Virus record (IMG/VR): IMGVR_UViG_3300012663_000543
Span: 1-59,817 of that record
Direction: 5' to 3' (one strand)
Length of the DNA stretch: 59,817 nt
DNA from: a virus
Lineage: Duplodnaviria; Caudoviricetes
Shown: one piece after another, positions 1 to 10,218 of the stretch
How positions within the stretch are numbered: the first letter of the stretch is position 1
Layout of the letters: every line of letters starts with the position of its first letter
Made by a program: the position numbers and the translations under genes
The notes under the pieces: model-generated
Told to the model about the DNA's origin: nothing
Databases searched by the model: none
Seen by the model: the letters and a program-made list of their open reading frames with translations, nothing else

Positions 1-551
1 AGCCCACCACAGCCTATATGAAGCAGTTGGGCGCGACAGGCCCTATCGGTAGCCCAGTTTCGGCAACCGATTCGCTCCGCATGAATCAGGTTATCGCGAA
101 CAGCGGGACAAACACCAACGTAACGGTGTCCACCCCCTCTGGTCCAAAGACCGCCGACGTGCTCAAGGCCGGAACAGGTATCGTTGCCAAGCCCCCCTCT
201 GCTCAGGACAAAACACAACGGGCCACTGGCACTCTCACAGCGGATGAAATCCAAAGGGGCATCGCCGCTCCTATGGGCGGCACTGTCACGGGAACCACCG
301 CTCGTCCGGCAAGGGCTTCTGGCGAAACAGAGATCGTCTTCTCTCCTGCAAAAACTCCCACCGCTAACGTCAGCTTGATGACGCAAGCCCAGTTCGACCA
401 GATGTACCCGGGCAACACCCCTGCAAGGCCCTCCCTTGGAATAACCAGCGTTGCTTCCGGCGGTCCCGGAACTTTTGCCCCCGGAAGGCTTCCCGCAGGT
501 GGCGCATCTACTGCTCCAACAAGCCCTGCCGGAACGAAAGCTGCCGGAAAC
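1..551 (+). repeat. Imperfect terminal direct repeat, copy 1
   Basis: Aligns by eye to 59279..59817 with scattered substitutions and a 12-bp indel. Confidence 0.95.
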
Positions 552-905
552 GCTTCGGCTGCTGGCGGCGGATCTGGAGCGGGTGGCGGTGGCGGCGGCG
601 GTGGAACTGGCTCGTCTGTTGGCATGGGCGGCGGTGGCGGCGGAACGGGCACGGGCGGAGATGGCACAGGAACAGGCACGGCCCCTGCCGAAGAAGCCAC
701 CATTGGACCCAAAGTCTGCCCGCCCGGACAAAAGCTCTTTACTTTCCCAGACGGTTCAACCACTTGTGTACCAGTACCGCTAGACCCACAAGCGTCGTCT
801 CCTGCTCCGATGCTCCGCCCCGTTATTGCGCCGTATCACAAAGCCGCCGGAGTTGAGTCTTTAGCCAACTATGTCCCCTATATCCCGGGACGGACCAGAG
901 CCTAA
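1..905 (+). CDS. C-terminal part of a Gly/Pro/Thr-rich virion (ejection/pilot-like) protein; its N-terminus is at 59119
   Basis: ORF 18..905 matches in frame the ORF starting MCGGG at 59119; poly-Gly tract; lies just upstream of TerL. Confidence 0.6.
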   Translation, partial: PTTAYMKQLGATGPIGSPVSATDSLRMNQVIANSGTNTNVTVSTPSGPKTADVLKAGTGIVAKPPSAQDKTQRATGTLTADEIQRGIAAPMGGTVTGTTARPARASGETEIVFSPAKTPTANVSLMTQAQFDQMYPGNTPARPSLGITSVASGGPGTFAPGRLPAGGASTAPTSPAGTKAAGNASAAGGGSGAGGGGGGGGTGSSVGMGGGGGGTGTGGDGTGTGTAPAEEATIGPKVCPPGQKLFTFPDGSTTCVPVPLDPQASSPAPMLRPVIAPYHKAAGVESLANYVPYIPGRTRA

Positions 906-916
906 CAGGGGACTGA

Positions 917-2389
917 ATGAGCTTAGAGTCACTACCAGAAGAAGCCCTAAAAGAACTGCTTATGCTCACAGAGGCCAAGAAGAGGCTGGACACCCGCGAA
1001 AAGGCGGAGAACAGCTTCATGTCTTTTGCCCACCACGTGTACGACAATTTCATCGAGGGTCGGCATCACCGGATCATCGCCGAAAAGCTTGAGAAGGTGG
1101 CAAGGGGCGAGCTCAAACGGCTGATCATCAACATGCCGCCTCGACACTCAAAGTCCGAGTTTGCCTCATACCTGATGCCAGCGTGGTTCCTTGGTCGGAA
1201 TCCCAAGCTGAAAATCATTCAGGCGACTCACAATACCGAACTTGCGGTCCGCTTTGGTCGAAAAGTCCGCGATCTGATTGACGACCCAAAGTACCGCGAA
1301 ATCTTCCCTAAGACACAGCTTAAGGAAGACTCGAAGTCCGCTGGCCGTTGGCAGACGGACCAGTTGGGCGAGTACTTCGCCGCTGGCGTTGGCGCTGCAG
1401 TCACGGGCCGTGGTGCAGACTTGTTCATCATCGACGATCCGCACTCGGAACAAGACGCCCTATCCGAGACGGCCTTTGACCATGCCTACGAGTGGTACAC
1501 CTCTGGTCCTCGCCAGCGTCTTCAGCCCGGCGGCGCAATTATTGTCGTTATGACGCGATGGGGCAAGAAGGACCTGACAGGCCGACTTCTGCAAGCGCAG
1601 AGCTCTGACATCATGTCGGACAAGTGGGAGGTCGTGGAGTTCCCGGCGATCATGCCTTCGGGCGACCCGCTCTGGCCGGAGTTTTGGGACAAGAATGCGC
1701 TGCTGTCCATCAAGGCGTCGCTCCCGTTGTCCAAGTGGGCGGCGCAGTGGCAGCAACAGCCAACCAGCGCCGACTCAACCATCATCCGTAGGGATTGGTG
1801 GAACCTGTGGGAGAAGGAAGAGGTTCCCCGCCTGAAGTACGTCCTTCAAGCATACGATACGGCCTTCTCGAAGAAGGAGAGCGCCGACTATTCGGCCATC
1901 ACGACGTGGGGTATTTTTACGCCTGAGATAGATGGACCGGATCACATTGTCTTGCTTGACGCGCAACGGGGTCGGTGGAGCTTTCCGGAGCTTAAGCAGG
2001 TCGCCTTTGACGAATACGAATACTGGGACCCCGACATGGTTCTCGTCGAAGCCAAGGCCACAGGCCAGCCGCTCATCGACGAACTTCGCTTGAAAAACAT
2101 CCCCGCTGTCGGCTATTCGCCCGGCGGTCGCGGGGGCGGCAGGGACAAAGTTAGCCGGATGCACCTCGTCGCACCCCTCTTTGAGGCTGGAATGGTGTGG
2201 GCTCCGTCTGATAAAGGGTTCTCTGATGACGTTATTGAGGAGGTTTCCTCTTTTCCCAATGGCGATCATGACGACTATTGTGATAGCATGACGCTAGCCC
2301 TGATGCGATTTCGCCAAGGCGGCTTTATTGCACTAGCAGGTGAAGATGACGGGGTCGAAGAAATCCCACGTATACGGGAGTACTACTGA
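917..2389 (+). CDS. terL: Terminase large subunit
   Basis: Walker A-like PPRHSKS, Walker B IIDDP, TRW motif, C-terminal RNase H-like nuclease (DTA...HDDYCD). Confidence 0.95.
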   Translation: MSLESLPEEALKELLMLTEAKKRLDTREKAENSFMSFAHHVYDNFIEGRHHRIIAEKLEKVARGELKRLIINMPPRHSKSEFASYLMPAWFLGRNPKLKIIQATHNTELAVRFGRKVRDLIDDPKYREIFPKTQLKEDSKSAGRWQTDQLGEYFAAGVGAAVTGRGADLFIIDDPHSEQDALSETAFDHAYEWYTSGPRQRLQPGGAIIVVMTRWGKKDLTGRLLQAQSSDIMSDKWEVVEFPAIMPSGDPLWPEFWDKNALLSIKASLPLSKWAAQWQQQPTSADSTIIRRDWWNLWEKEEVPRLKYVLQAYDTAFSKKESADYSAITTWGIFTPEIDGPDHIVLLDAQRGRWSFPELKQVAFDEYEYWDPDMVLVEAKATGQPLIDELRLKNIPAVGYSPGGRGGGRDKVSRMHLVAPLFEAGMVWAPSDKGFSDDVIEEVSSFPNGDHDDYCDSMTLALMRFRQGGFIALAGEDDGVEEIPRIREYY

Positions 2390-4875
2390 TGGCTATGCCT
2401 CCTAACGCACGAGGACCGATGGTCGATGCCGGAATGATGCAGGGCGGTCCCGACGAGGGCCTTCCGAGCGTTGACGTGTCCATCCCATCACCTGAAGACT
2501 TTGCTGGTGGCGCTGTTGTCACTGAGAACGAGGACGGCGGCGCGACTGTCGAGGCCCTCTCGGAAGCTCTGGCTATGCTAGAAGCCGAGGTAGAGATCCC
2601 GCACAACGCAAACTTGGCCGAGTATCTCGAGGAATCCCAGCTTGGTGAGATCTCGAACTCCCTTCAAGCAGCCTACGAAGACGATCTCCAATCGCGGCAG
2701 GAGTGGGAAGAAGCCTACACAAAGGGCTTGGACCTGCTGGGCATTAAGACCATCGAGCGCACCGAGCCTTTCCAAGGCGCGTCTGGCGTTACGCACCCCC
2801 TGATTGCCGAGTCCGTGACGCAGTTCCAAGCGCAAGCGTACAAGGAACTTCTGCCCGCCAGCGGCCCGGTCAAGACCCAGATTATTGGCCTTGTCGATGC
2901 GGAGCGCGAAGCACAAGCCGCTCGGGTCAAGGATTTCATGAACTATGAGATCACCGAGACGATGGAAGAGTACGATCCGGACATGGATCAGTTGCTATTC
3001 TATCTGCCCCTGTCAGGTTCTTGCTTCAAGAAAGTCTATTGGGACATGACCATGCAGCGGGCCGTGGCCCAGTTTGTCCCTGCCCAAGACCTTGTCATTC
3101 CGTACACCGCCACCAACTTGAACACGGCGTCCCGTGTCACGCACGTTCTTCGGATGGACGAAAACGACATCCGCAAGATGCAGATTGCTGGTCTGTATCG
3201 GGACATTGAGCTCAGTGCCACAGACGAAGCCAACGATATCGTCCGCGAAAAGGTTGACGATCTGCAGGGCACAACGAAGTCCTACCTCGATGAGACGTAC
3301 ACTCTTTTGGAGATGCACGTTAACCTCGACATCGAGGGATTTGAGGATATGTCCCCCGACGGGGAGCCCACAGGCATCCAGCTTCCCTATATCGTGACGC
3401 TCGACAAGGGCTCGGGGAAGATCCTGTCCATTCTGCGGAACTTCGATGAAGACACTGACCTTGCCAAAAAGCGTCAGTACTTTGTCCACTATAAGTTCAT
3501 GCCCGGTCTAGGCTTCTATGGCTTTGGCTTGGTGCACATGATTGGCGGTCTGGGTCGGGCGGCAACGTCTATCCTGCGCCAACTCATCGACGCCGGAACG
3601 CTGTCCAATCTGCCCGGTGGCTTTAAGGCCAAGGGCATCCGCGTCCGCAACAGCGACGAGCCCATCCAGCCCGGAGAGTGGCGCGACATGGACGCCCCCG
3701 GCGGCGACCTGCGCAACTCCCTGATGCCCCTGCCCTACAAGGAGCCCAGCGCTACACTGGGTCAACTCTTGGGAAGCCTGATCGAGGGAGGTCGTCGGTT
3801 TATCTCGTTGGCCGACGAACAGGTCGGCAACATGAACCAAGAGGCTCCTGTCGGCACAACCGTGGCGCTTTTGGAGCGCGGCATGAAGGTCATGTCGGCT
3901 ATCCACAAGCGCTTGCACTATGCGCAGAAGACCGAGTTCCGCATTCTGGCTCGGATTTTCGGGGACAACCTGCCGCAGGAATACCCTTACGAAGTCTCTG
4001 GCGCACCCCGCACTGTCTTTGCGGCGGACTTTGACAACCGCGTAGACGTCATCCCCGTCAGCGATCCGAATATCTTCTCGATGGCCCAGCGCGTCACTCT
4101 GGCCCAGACGCAGCTTCAGTTGGCGCAGTCTGCTCCGCAGATGCACAACCTACACGCCGCCTTCCGCCGGATGTATCAGGCGTTGGAGGTGCAAAATATC
4201 GAAGAACTCCTGCCGCCGCCACCAAAGCCGCAGCCAATGGATCCTGTCACAGAGAATGCCCGCATCTTGATGGGCGAACTGGCACAGGCTTTCCCCGACC
4301 AGTTGCATGACATCCATATCGAAATCCACCTAGCGTTCATGAAAGCGCCTTTGGTCATGACGTCTCCTTCTGTCATGGGCGTCTTCTATGCGCACATCAT
4401 GGAGCACATTGCCCTCAAGGCACGGAACGATGTGGACAAAGAGATCAAGGATCTGATCGAGGTGGCCCAGAAGAAAGCCGCTAGCGAGGGTAATCCAATG
4501 GCTATCCAAAGCGCCATCATGCAAGCCCAGCAGCAAATGCAAGACCCAGCCCAGATCGAGCCTTTGGTTGCTATGCGCCAAAAGCAGATCATGGATGACG
4601 TCTTGGCGAAGATGCTGCCGCAGGGCAACGATCCGATGGCCGACCCTCTGGTTCAAATCCGGATGCAAGAGCTCATGCTTAAGAAGCAGGGCGAAGAGCG
4701 CAAAGCTCAGACGGAATCCGAAAAGCTTTCTGTCGAGACAGCAGCCCTTCGTCAACGCGCCGTCACGGACGCCGCCCGCATGGACCTGCAAGAGCAGATT
4801 GCCAGCGACCGCACGGACGTTAACCGCGAACGTATCGAAGTTCAGCGCGAAGCAATGCAGCGACGGGGAGTGTAA
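2389..4875 (+). CDS. Portal protein (P22-like)
   Basis: 828 aa directly after TerL; portal-like motifs ([27 protein letters not shown]); C-terminal coiled coil. Confidence 0.9.
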   Translation: MAMPPNARGPMVDAGMMQGGPDEGLPSVDVSIPSPEDFAGGAVVTENEDGGATVEALSEALAMLEAEVEIPHNANLAEYLEESQLGEISNSLQAAYEDDLQSRQEWEEAYTKGLDLLGIKTIERTEPFQGASGVTHPLIAESVTQFQAQAYKELLPASGPVKTQIIGLVDAEREAQAARVKDFMNYEITETMEEYDPDMDQLLFYLPLSGSCFKKVYWDMTMQRAVAQFVPAQDLVIPYTATNLNTASRVTHVLRMDENDIRKMQIAGLYRDIELSATDEANDIVREKVDDLQGTTKSYLDETYTLLEMHVNLDIEGFEDMSPDGEPTGIQLPYIVTLDKGSGKILSILRNFDEDTDLAKKRQYFVHYKFMPGLGFYGFGLVHMIGGLGRAATSILRQLIDAGTLSNLPGGFKAKGIRVRNSDEPIQPGEWRDMDAPGGDLRNSLMPLPYKEPSATLGQLLGSLIEGGRRFISLADEQVGNMNQEAPVGTTVALLERGMKVMSAIHKRLHYAQKTEFRILARIFGDNLPQEYPYEVSGAPRTVFAADFDNRVDVIPVSDPNIFSMAQRVTLAQTQLQLAQSAPQMHNLHAAFRRMYQALEVQNIEELLPPPPKPQPMDPVTENARILMGELAQAFPDQLHDIHIEIHLAFMKAPLVMTSPSVMGVFYAHIMEHIALKARNDVDKEIKDLIEVAQKKAASEGNPMAIQSAIMQAQQQMQDPAQIEPLVAMRQKQIMDDVLAKMLPQGNDPMADPLVQIRMQELMLKKQGEERKAQTESEKLSVETAALRQRAVTDAARMDLQEQIASDRTDVNRERIEVQREAMQRRGV

Positions 4876-4877
4876 AC

Positions 4878-5078
4878 ATGCCGCTCAAGAAGGGTAAATC
4901 TCAAAAGGTGGTGAGTTCCAATATCCGCCTCATGATGAAGGAAGGCCGTCCCCAAAAACAGGCCATTGCCATCGCCTTATCCAGCGCGGGAAAGTCAAAG
5001 GTCAAGAAGGCCAGCGGCGGAATGATCAGCCGTTTTAGCTCGATATCCCGGCCCCAGAGGTTCTCAGGGACCTACTAA
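4878..5078 (+). CDS. Small basic virion-associated protein
   Basis: [10 protein letters not shown]...KQAIAIALS; carries KASGGMI motif; SD GGAG. Confidence 0.75.
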   Translation: MPLKKGKSQKVVSSNIRLMMKEGRPQKQAIAIALSSAGKSKVKKASGGMISRFSSISRPQRFSGTY

Positions 5079-5120
5079 CGTGCTAGATGTGGCGGGGTAA
5101 CAAGAAACTTACGGGGAAGT

Positions 5121-5339
5121 TTGGTAATGTCTGTTGTTAGCTTGTCTAAAGCTTTGTATAAGAACTTGCGTGAGCGTGAGGCTGAGATAACCGAAGCACT
5201 TGCGTCCGGTGCTCCTAAGAACTGGGAAGCCTATCACGCTATGGTTGGAGAGATCCGGGGCCTCTCCTTTGCCATAGAAGAACTCAAAGCCCTGCTGGAG
5301 AGAACAACTGACGATGTCGAAGAAACTTTATCTTCCTGA
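5121..5339 (+). CDS. Hypothetical protein (head module)
   Basis: Short helical ORF between portal and GroES; start uncertain (ATG at 5127 possible). Confidence 0.7.
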   Translation: MVMSVVSLSKALYKNLREREAEITEALASGAPKNWEAYHAMVGEIRGLSFAIEELKALLERTTDDVEETLSS

Positions 5340-5805
5340 CCATGTCGTTAAGCGCATTGAGGCCCAGAAGTCCAACGCGCCACCCTCAAACGCCGCTAGC
5401 CTCGGTTCGGCCTATGTTGAGCCAGAGACCCGCGTCCTAGATCCCAGCCTTGTTGAAAAGAACCTCCTTGATCGTTTACCCCAGCCAACGGGGTGGCGCG
5501 TTTTGGTTATGCCCTACAAAGGCAAAGCCAAGACAGATGGTGGTTTGATCGTCCCAGATCAAATTCGAGACCGGGAAGCTTTAGCAACCGTTGTGGCCTA
5601 TGTCATGCGACTTGGGCCTTTGGCTTATTCCGATCCAAACAAGTTTGGGGACGACCCTGAACCTTGGTGTCGTGAAGGCCAATGGGTTTGCATTGGGCGC
5701 TACGCTGGTTCGCGGTTTAAGATCGACGGCGGAGAAGTTCGCATTATCAATGATGACGAAGTTATCGCCACGATACTTGATCCCGATGACATTCAACACG
5801 TGTGA
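5314..5805 (+). CDS. groES: Co-chaperonin GroES/Cpn10-like protein
   Basis: PTGWRVLV, KTDGGLIVP, G-x-WV, RYAG, RIINDDEVIA. Confidence 0.9.
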   Translation: MSKKLYLPDHVVKRIEAQKSNAPPSNAASLGSAYVEPETRVLDPSLVEKNLLDRLPQPTGWRVLVMPYKGKAKTDGGLIVPDQIRDREALATVVAYVMRLGPLAYSDPNKFGDDPEPWCREGQWVCIGRYAGSRFKIDGGEVRIINDDEVIATILDPDDIQHV

Positions 5806-5813
5806 GGCAGACC

Positions 5814-6695
5814 ATGTCAGATGAAAACGAAGACGGCACGGAAGATCTCGGCCAAGACATCATCGTCGAGACGGAGGAGGACTCGTCAGAGGACTCTAAT
5901 GCATCTCGAGTAAAAGCAGCCCCAGAAGCTGGTGATGACGAAGAGCTATCTTCCTACAGCAAGGGCGTTCAGCAGCGGATTAGCAAGCTGACGGAACGCT
6001 ATCGCAAGGAACAACGCGACCGCGAAGAGGCAACTCGTTTGTCTCAGACCCTGCTGACAGAAAACCAGCAGCTTAAAGCGCGTGTTCAAGCTCTGGATAC
6101 AGGCTACATTTCAGAGTATGGTGCACGTCTGCAGACGCAAGAAGCTGCAGTTAAGAACGCCTATCGAGCAGCACACGAGGCTGGCGACACTGAAGCCATG
6201 CTAACTGCGCAAGAAGATCTAGCAAAGATCGTCGTGGAGCGGCAGCGTTATGCCACTGCAAAGTCTCGTTCCGAGGCCCAAGCAGAGCAAGCCGCCGCCC
6301 CACGGCAACAAGCCGCTCCCCAGCAAGCGCCTCAAGCGCCGACCCCCGACCCGCGAGCACAGTCGTGGGCCGAAAAGAACAAATGGTTCGGCGAAGACCG
6401 CGTAATGACTACGGCTGCTTTTGCCATCCATCAGGAACTTATTGACGAACAGGGGTTTGACCCAGCGAGCAATGAGTATTATACTGAGATTGATCGTCGA
6501 ATTCGTTCGGAGTTTCCGCACAAGTTCGCGGCCAAGAAACCGGGTGGGGGAAGTCAGGTCGCTTCCGCTGATTCCTCTGCTTCCCGGAATACGAAACAGG
6601 AGCGCAGAACTGTTCGGTTAACGCCATCGCAAGTTGCCATGGCAAAGCGGCTTAACGTCCCGTTGGATCAATACGCCAAGTATGTGAAGGATTGA
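5814..6695 (+). CDS. Capsid scaffolding protein
   Basis: Acidic N-terminus, coiled coil, C-terminal LTPSQVAMAKRLNVPLDQYAK; upstream of capsid genes. Confidence 0.75.
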   Translation: MSDENEDGTEDLGQDIIVETEEDSSEDSNASRVKAAPEAGDDEELSSYSKGVQQRISKLTERYRKEQRDREEATRLSQTLLTENQQLKARVQALDTGYISEYGARLQTQEAAVKNAYRAAHEAGDTEAMLTAQEDLAKIVVERQRYATAKSRSEAQAEQAAAPRQQAAPQQAPQAPTPDPRAQSWAEKNKWFGEDRVMTTAAFAIHQELIDEQGFDPASNEYYTEIDRRIRSEFPHKFAAKKPGGGSQVASADSSASRNTKQERRTVRLTPSQVAMAKRLNVPLDQYAKYVKD

Positions 6696-6699
6696 GACT

Positions 6700-7152
6700 A
6701 TGGATCGTACACCGCGCACCGCTGATACCCGCGAAAAAGAAACGCGCCGCAAGCCTTGGGCTCCCCCAAGCACTCTAGAAGCTCCGCCCGCGCCTGAAGG
6801 ATTTCAGCACCGCTGGATCCGCGCCTCCATTCGTGGAGAAGAAGACAAGGGTAACGTGTTCAATCGTTTGCGTCAGGGCTATGAGCCTGTCCGCGCCGAT
6901 GAGCATCCGGGGTTTCAAGCACCCACCATTGAGGACGGCAAACACGCCGGAATCATTGGGAACGGCGGGCTAATCCTAGCCCGTGTACCTGTCGAAACTG
7001 CCAATGAAAGAACCGAGTATTACGGGGGCCGGACCCGCGAACAGATGGTAGCAGTAGATCAGGACCTGATGAAAGAGCAACATCCGTCGATGCCGATCAA
7101 TCAACAACGGCAAAGTCGGGTATCGTTTGGCGGACGAAAAACGTCCGTCTGA
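6700..7152 (+). CDS. Conserved head-module protein
   Basis: WAPPSTLEAPPAPEGFQHRWIR motif; operon position. Confidence 0.7.
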   Translation: MDRTPRTADTREKETRRKPWAPPSTLEAPPAPEGFQHRWIRASIRGEEDKGNVFNRLRQGYEPVRADEHPGFQAPTIEDGKHAGIIGNGGLILARVPVETANERTEYYGGRTREQMVAVDQDLMKEQHPSMPINQQRQSRVSFGGRKTSV

Positions 7153-7167
7153 TAAGGAGCAACGTCT

Positions 7168-7785
7168 ATGGCAAATACGTCTGGTGCGTTCGGGCTTCGC
7201 CCGATCAACCTTGCTGGTGGTGCACCCAACAGCCAAGGAACCAATGCGTACTACATCGCCTCTGATGCTTCGGCAATTTATCAAGGTTCTCCTGTTATCG
7301 CGACCAATGGCGGCACGATTGCCATCACTGGTTCGGCTTCGGGCGACACTTATAAGCATGTCGGCGCGTTCAACGGCTGTGAGTACGTCTCTTCTGTGAC
7401 CGGGAAAAAGACTTGGTCACGGTACTGGCCCGGTTCGGGCGCTGACACGAACTACGATATCGTAGGCTACGTGTACGACAACCCGACCCAACGCTTCACC
7501 ATCGCAACGGACGCGAGTTTCACGAACCGTGCGACGGCAAAAGCAGCCATCTGGGAAAACTCCCAGTTCAACACGGGGACTTCGGGTTCGACGACCACGG
7601 GCGTTTCGTCCGCTGGCCTCGATGTCGCCACTCTCGACGCCTCTAACGAGTCGTTGCCGCTGAAGATTCTGGGCATCTATGATGACCCGACGAATCAGGA
7701 CTATGCGGCTGCGGGTCTGCAGATGATCGTTATGTTCAACAACCATGCACTCCTTCAGGCGAATTCTGAAGGCACGGTAGCATAA
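7168..7785 (+). CDS. Capsid decoration/minor capsid protein
   Basis: Beta-rich, AFGLRP N-terminus, strong SD, directly upstream of MCP. Confidence 0.65.
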   Translation: MANTSGAFGLRPINLAGGAPNSQGTNAYYIASDASAIYQGSPVIATNGGTIAITGSASGDTYKHVGAFNGCEYVSSVTGKKTWSRYWPGSGADTNYDIVGYVYDNPTQRFTIATDASFTNRATAKAAIWENSQFNTGTSGSTTTGVSSAGLDVATLDASNESLPLKILGIYDDPTNQDYAAAGLQMIVMFNNHALLQANSEGTVA

Positions 7786-7798
7786 GGAGACCTGACCC

Positions 7799-8710
7799 AT
7801 GGCAATTTCGCGCGCCCAACTGGCGAAAGAGCTTGAGCCCGGTCTCAACGCTCTGTTCGGCATGGAGTATGCTCGTTACGAAAACCAGCATACTGAAATC
7901 TTCACCACCGAGTCTTCGGATCGTGCATTCGAGGAAGAGGTTATGCTGTCCGGCTTCGGCGCAGCACCGACCAAATCGGAAGGTTCGGGCATCTCGTATG
8001 ACGATGCTCAAGAATCGTACACCGCTCGGTACAACCACGAAACCATCGCGCTGGCCTTCTCGATCACCGAGGAAGCTGTCGAGGACAACCTGTACGACCG
8101 CCTCGGCAGTCGCTACACGAAAGCCCTCGCTCGCTCGATGGCTCACACCAAGCAGGTGAAAGCCGCTGCCATTCTGAACAACGCCTTCACGGCGGGTGCT
8201 TCGGCTGGCGGTGACGGTGTTGCTCTGTGCGCCACCAACCACCCGCTGACCAACGGCTCCACTTTCGCCAACACCCCCACCACCGCTGCTGACCTGAACG
8301 AAACCTCGCTCGAGGACGCTCTGATCAACATCGCTGGCTTTGTTGACGAACGTGGTCTGAAGGTTGCCCTCCGTGGCATGAAGCTCGTCATTTCGCGTCA
8401 GCAGCAGTTTGTTGCTGAACGTCTGATGGTTTCGAACCTGCGCGTCGGCACGTCGGACAACGACATCAACGCAATTCGCTCGATGAGCCTGTTGCCTGAT
8501 GGTTACGTGGTCAACGACTTCTTGACCGACCCCGATGCATTCTTCATCAAGACGGATGCTCCTCGTGGTTTCATCAACTTCGAGCGCACTCCGCTCTCGA
8601 CGGGGATGGAAGCAGACTTCGACACGGGCAACATGCGCTTCAAGGCACGTGAGCGCTACTCGTTCGGCTTCTCCGATCCGCGCTGCGTGTACGGTTCGAC
8701 CGGAGCTTAA
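7799..8710 (+). CDS. Major capsid protein
   Basis: MAISRAQLAKELEPGLNALFG...FKARERYSFG; strong SD; terminator follows. Confidence 0.9.
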   Translation: MAISRAQLAKELEPGLNALFGMEYARYENQHTEIFTTESSDRAFEEEVMLSGFGAAPTKSEGSGISYDDAQESYTARYNHETIALAFSITEEAVEDNLYDRLGSRYTKALARSMAHTKQVKAAAILNNAFTAGASAGGDGVALCATNHPLTNGSTFANTPTTAADLNETSLEDALINIAGFVDERGLKVALRGMKLVISRQQQFVAERLMVSNLRVGTSDNDINAIRSMSLLPDGYVVNDFLTDPDAFFIKTDAPRGFINFERTPLSTGMEADFDTGNMRFKARERYSFGFSDPRCVYGSTGA

Positions 8711-8733
8711 TGATCCGAAAGGTTCATGGATTT

Positions 8734-8766
8734 AAGGGCGGGGGAAACCTCGCCCTTTTCTTTTTT
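8734..8766 (+). terminator. Rho-independent terminator
   Basis: GGGCGGGG-GAAA-CCTCGCCC stem-loop followed by T tract. Confidence 0.9.
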
Positions 8767-8861
8767 CCACGATACGTGCTACTATACCTGAGTTGGACGC
8801 TCTGACCGCATAGCGGACGTTGCACAGACAGTTCGTCCATTAACCGTGCAAGGAGACAGAC

Positions 8862-9320
8862 ATGGGTAAGACTACTTTTTCGGGCCCGATTCGGGCAGGT
8901 AACATCTACAACACTACCGGGACCACCCTTGGCGACAACGTCAAGAACGTCGGTTCTGCTGTGCTGGTGCAGCATTTCCCAATTACGCAAGCAGGGACTG
9001 CCACGGCCCTTGGGACGGACATCGTCCTGCCCGCCAACAGCCACATCCTGAACATGCAGATGGTGGTTACGGCGGCGTGGAGCGGTGCTGCAACGACGTT
9101 TAGCGTGGGCAACAGCGCCACGTCCACCGAATACGTCTCTGGCGCTGCTGGCGGCACAATTGGTGTGATTGGCCTTACCCCCGGCAGTGACGCAACTCGC
9201 ACAGGCAACTGGGATGACACGGGCACTGCGGATAAGCGCGTCTTTGTCCTGTCCGCCAACACAGGCACAGGCACAGGCACTTTGACCGTTCGCTACATTC
9301 AGGCACACGATCTGCCGTAA
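8862..9320 (+). CDS. Virion structural protein (decoration/spike-like)
   Basis: MGKTTFSGPIRAG start; Thr/Gly-rich beta protein; SD AGGAG. Confidence 0.65.
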   Translation: MGKTTFSGPIRAGNIYNTTGTTLGDNVKNVGSAVLVQHFPITQAGTATALGTDIVLPANSHILNMQMVVTAAWSGAATTFSVGNSATSTEYVSGAAGGTIGVIGLTPGSDATRTGNWDDTGTADKRVFVLSANTGTGTGTLTVRYIQAHDLP

Positions 9321-9330
9321 GGGGTAAAAG

Positions 9331-9606
9331 ATGTCCGGTTCTGATGTAAAATCAAAACGGGTCACGGCAACGGGGGCGTTCACTGTTGGACGCTCTCGTC
9401 TTCGTATGCTCGTCGTTACGACAACTGCTACGGCAGGGCGCTTGACCATGACTGACGGCAACGGGGGCGCAACCCTCTTGGACGTCGATCTCGTTCCGAG
9501 CGTTACGCACAACTTTTACATCCCCGATGAGGGGATCGTGTTTACGTCGGACCTATATATCTCGACGTTGACAAACATTACCTCGGTCACAGCCTTCTAC
9601 TCATAA
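9331..9606 (+). CDS. Small beta-rich structural protein
   Basis: Operon position; IPDEGIVF motif. Confidence 0.65.
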   Translation: MSGSDVKSKRVTATGAFTVGRSRLRMLVVTTTATAGRLTMTDGNGGATLLDVDLVPSVTHNFYIPDEGIVFTSDLYISTLTNITSVTAFYS

Positions 9607-9618
9607 GGGTGGACGCCA

Positions 9619-9870
9619 ATGGCAAAGTCTCCGGCATGGCAGAGGAAAGAGGGCAAAGATCCAAAGGGCGGGTTGAACGCCAAGGGCAGAGCTTCGGCAA
9701 AGGCCCAAGGCATGAACTTGAAGCCTCCGGCCCCGAATCCAAAGACCGAGAAAGATGCCAAACGGCGCAAAAGCTTCTGCGCACGTATGGGTGGGATGCC
9801 CGGGCCGATGAAGGACGAAAAGGGCCGTCCAACCCGGAAGGCCTTGTCTCTTAAAGCATGGAATTGCTGA
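9619..9870 (+). CDS. Small basic conserved phage protein
   Basis: KGGLNAKGRAS...RRKSFCARMGG...LKAWNC. Confidence 0.75.
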   Translation: MAKSPAWQRKEGKDPKGGLNAKGRASAKAQGMNLKPPAPNPKTEKDAKRRKSFCARMGGMPGPMKDEKGRPTRKALSLKAWNC

Positions 9871-9871
9871 T

Positions 9872-10075
9872 ATGAATCGCGGCGATATCTCGAAACAGAT
9901 CATGGAACCCGGAGGTAAGAGGGTGGCAAAGTCTGGCTTGTATGCTAACATCAACGCCAAGCGGAAGCGCATCGCCGCTGGGTCTGATGAGAAGATGCGT
10001 AAACCGGGGACCAAGGGCGCACCTACCGCTAAAGCTTTCCGACAGTCCGCCAAAACAGCGAAAAGGACAAAGTGA
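9872..10075 (+). CDS. Small basic protein
   Basis: GLYANINAKRKRI...KGAPTAKAF; true start may be the internal GTG after GGAGG. Confidence 0.65.
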   Translation: MNRGDISKQIMEPGGKRVAKSGLYANINAKRKRIAAGSDEKMRKPGTKGAPTAKAFRQSAKTAKRTK

Positions 10076-10212
10076 TGAAGGGTTGTGCGCCGAAAGGCAT
10101 GAAGAAGGGCGGAAAAGTTTCTGCCAATATGATTGCTCCCCGCAAGGCTATGGCTATGGGCATGAAGTCTGGCATGAAGAAGGGCGGAAAAGTTTCCGCT
10201 AAAGGCCGCTAA
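10075..10212 (+). CDS. 45-aa Lys/Met/Gly-rich peptide (absent from ORF track)
   Basis: TGATG coupling; MKGCAPKGMKKGGKVSANMIAPRKAMAMGMKSGMKKGGKVSAKGR; ends 6 nt before next ATG. Confidence 0.7.
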   Translation: MKGCAPKGMKKGGKVSANMIAPRKAMAMGMKSGMKKGGKVSAKGR

Positions 10213-10218
10213 CCAGCC

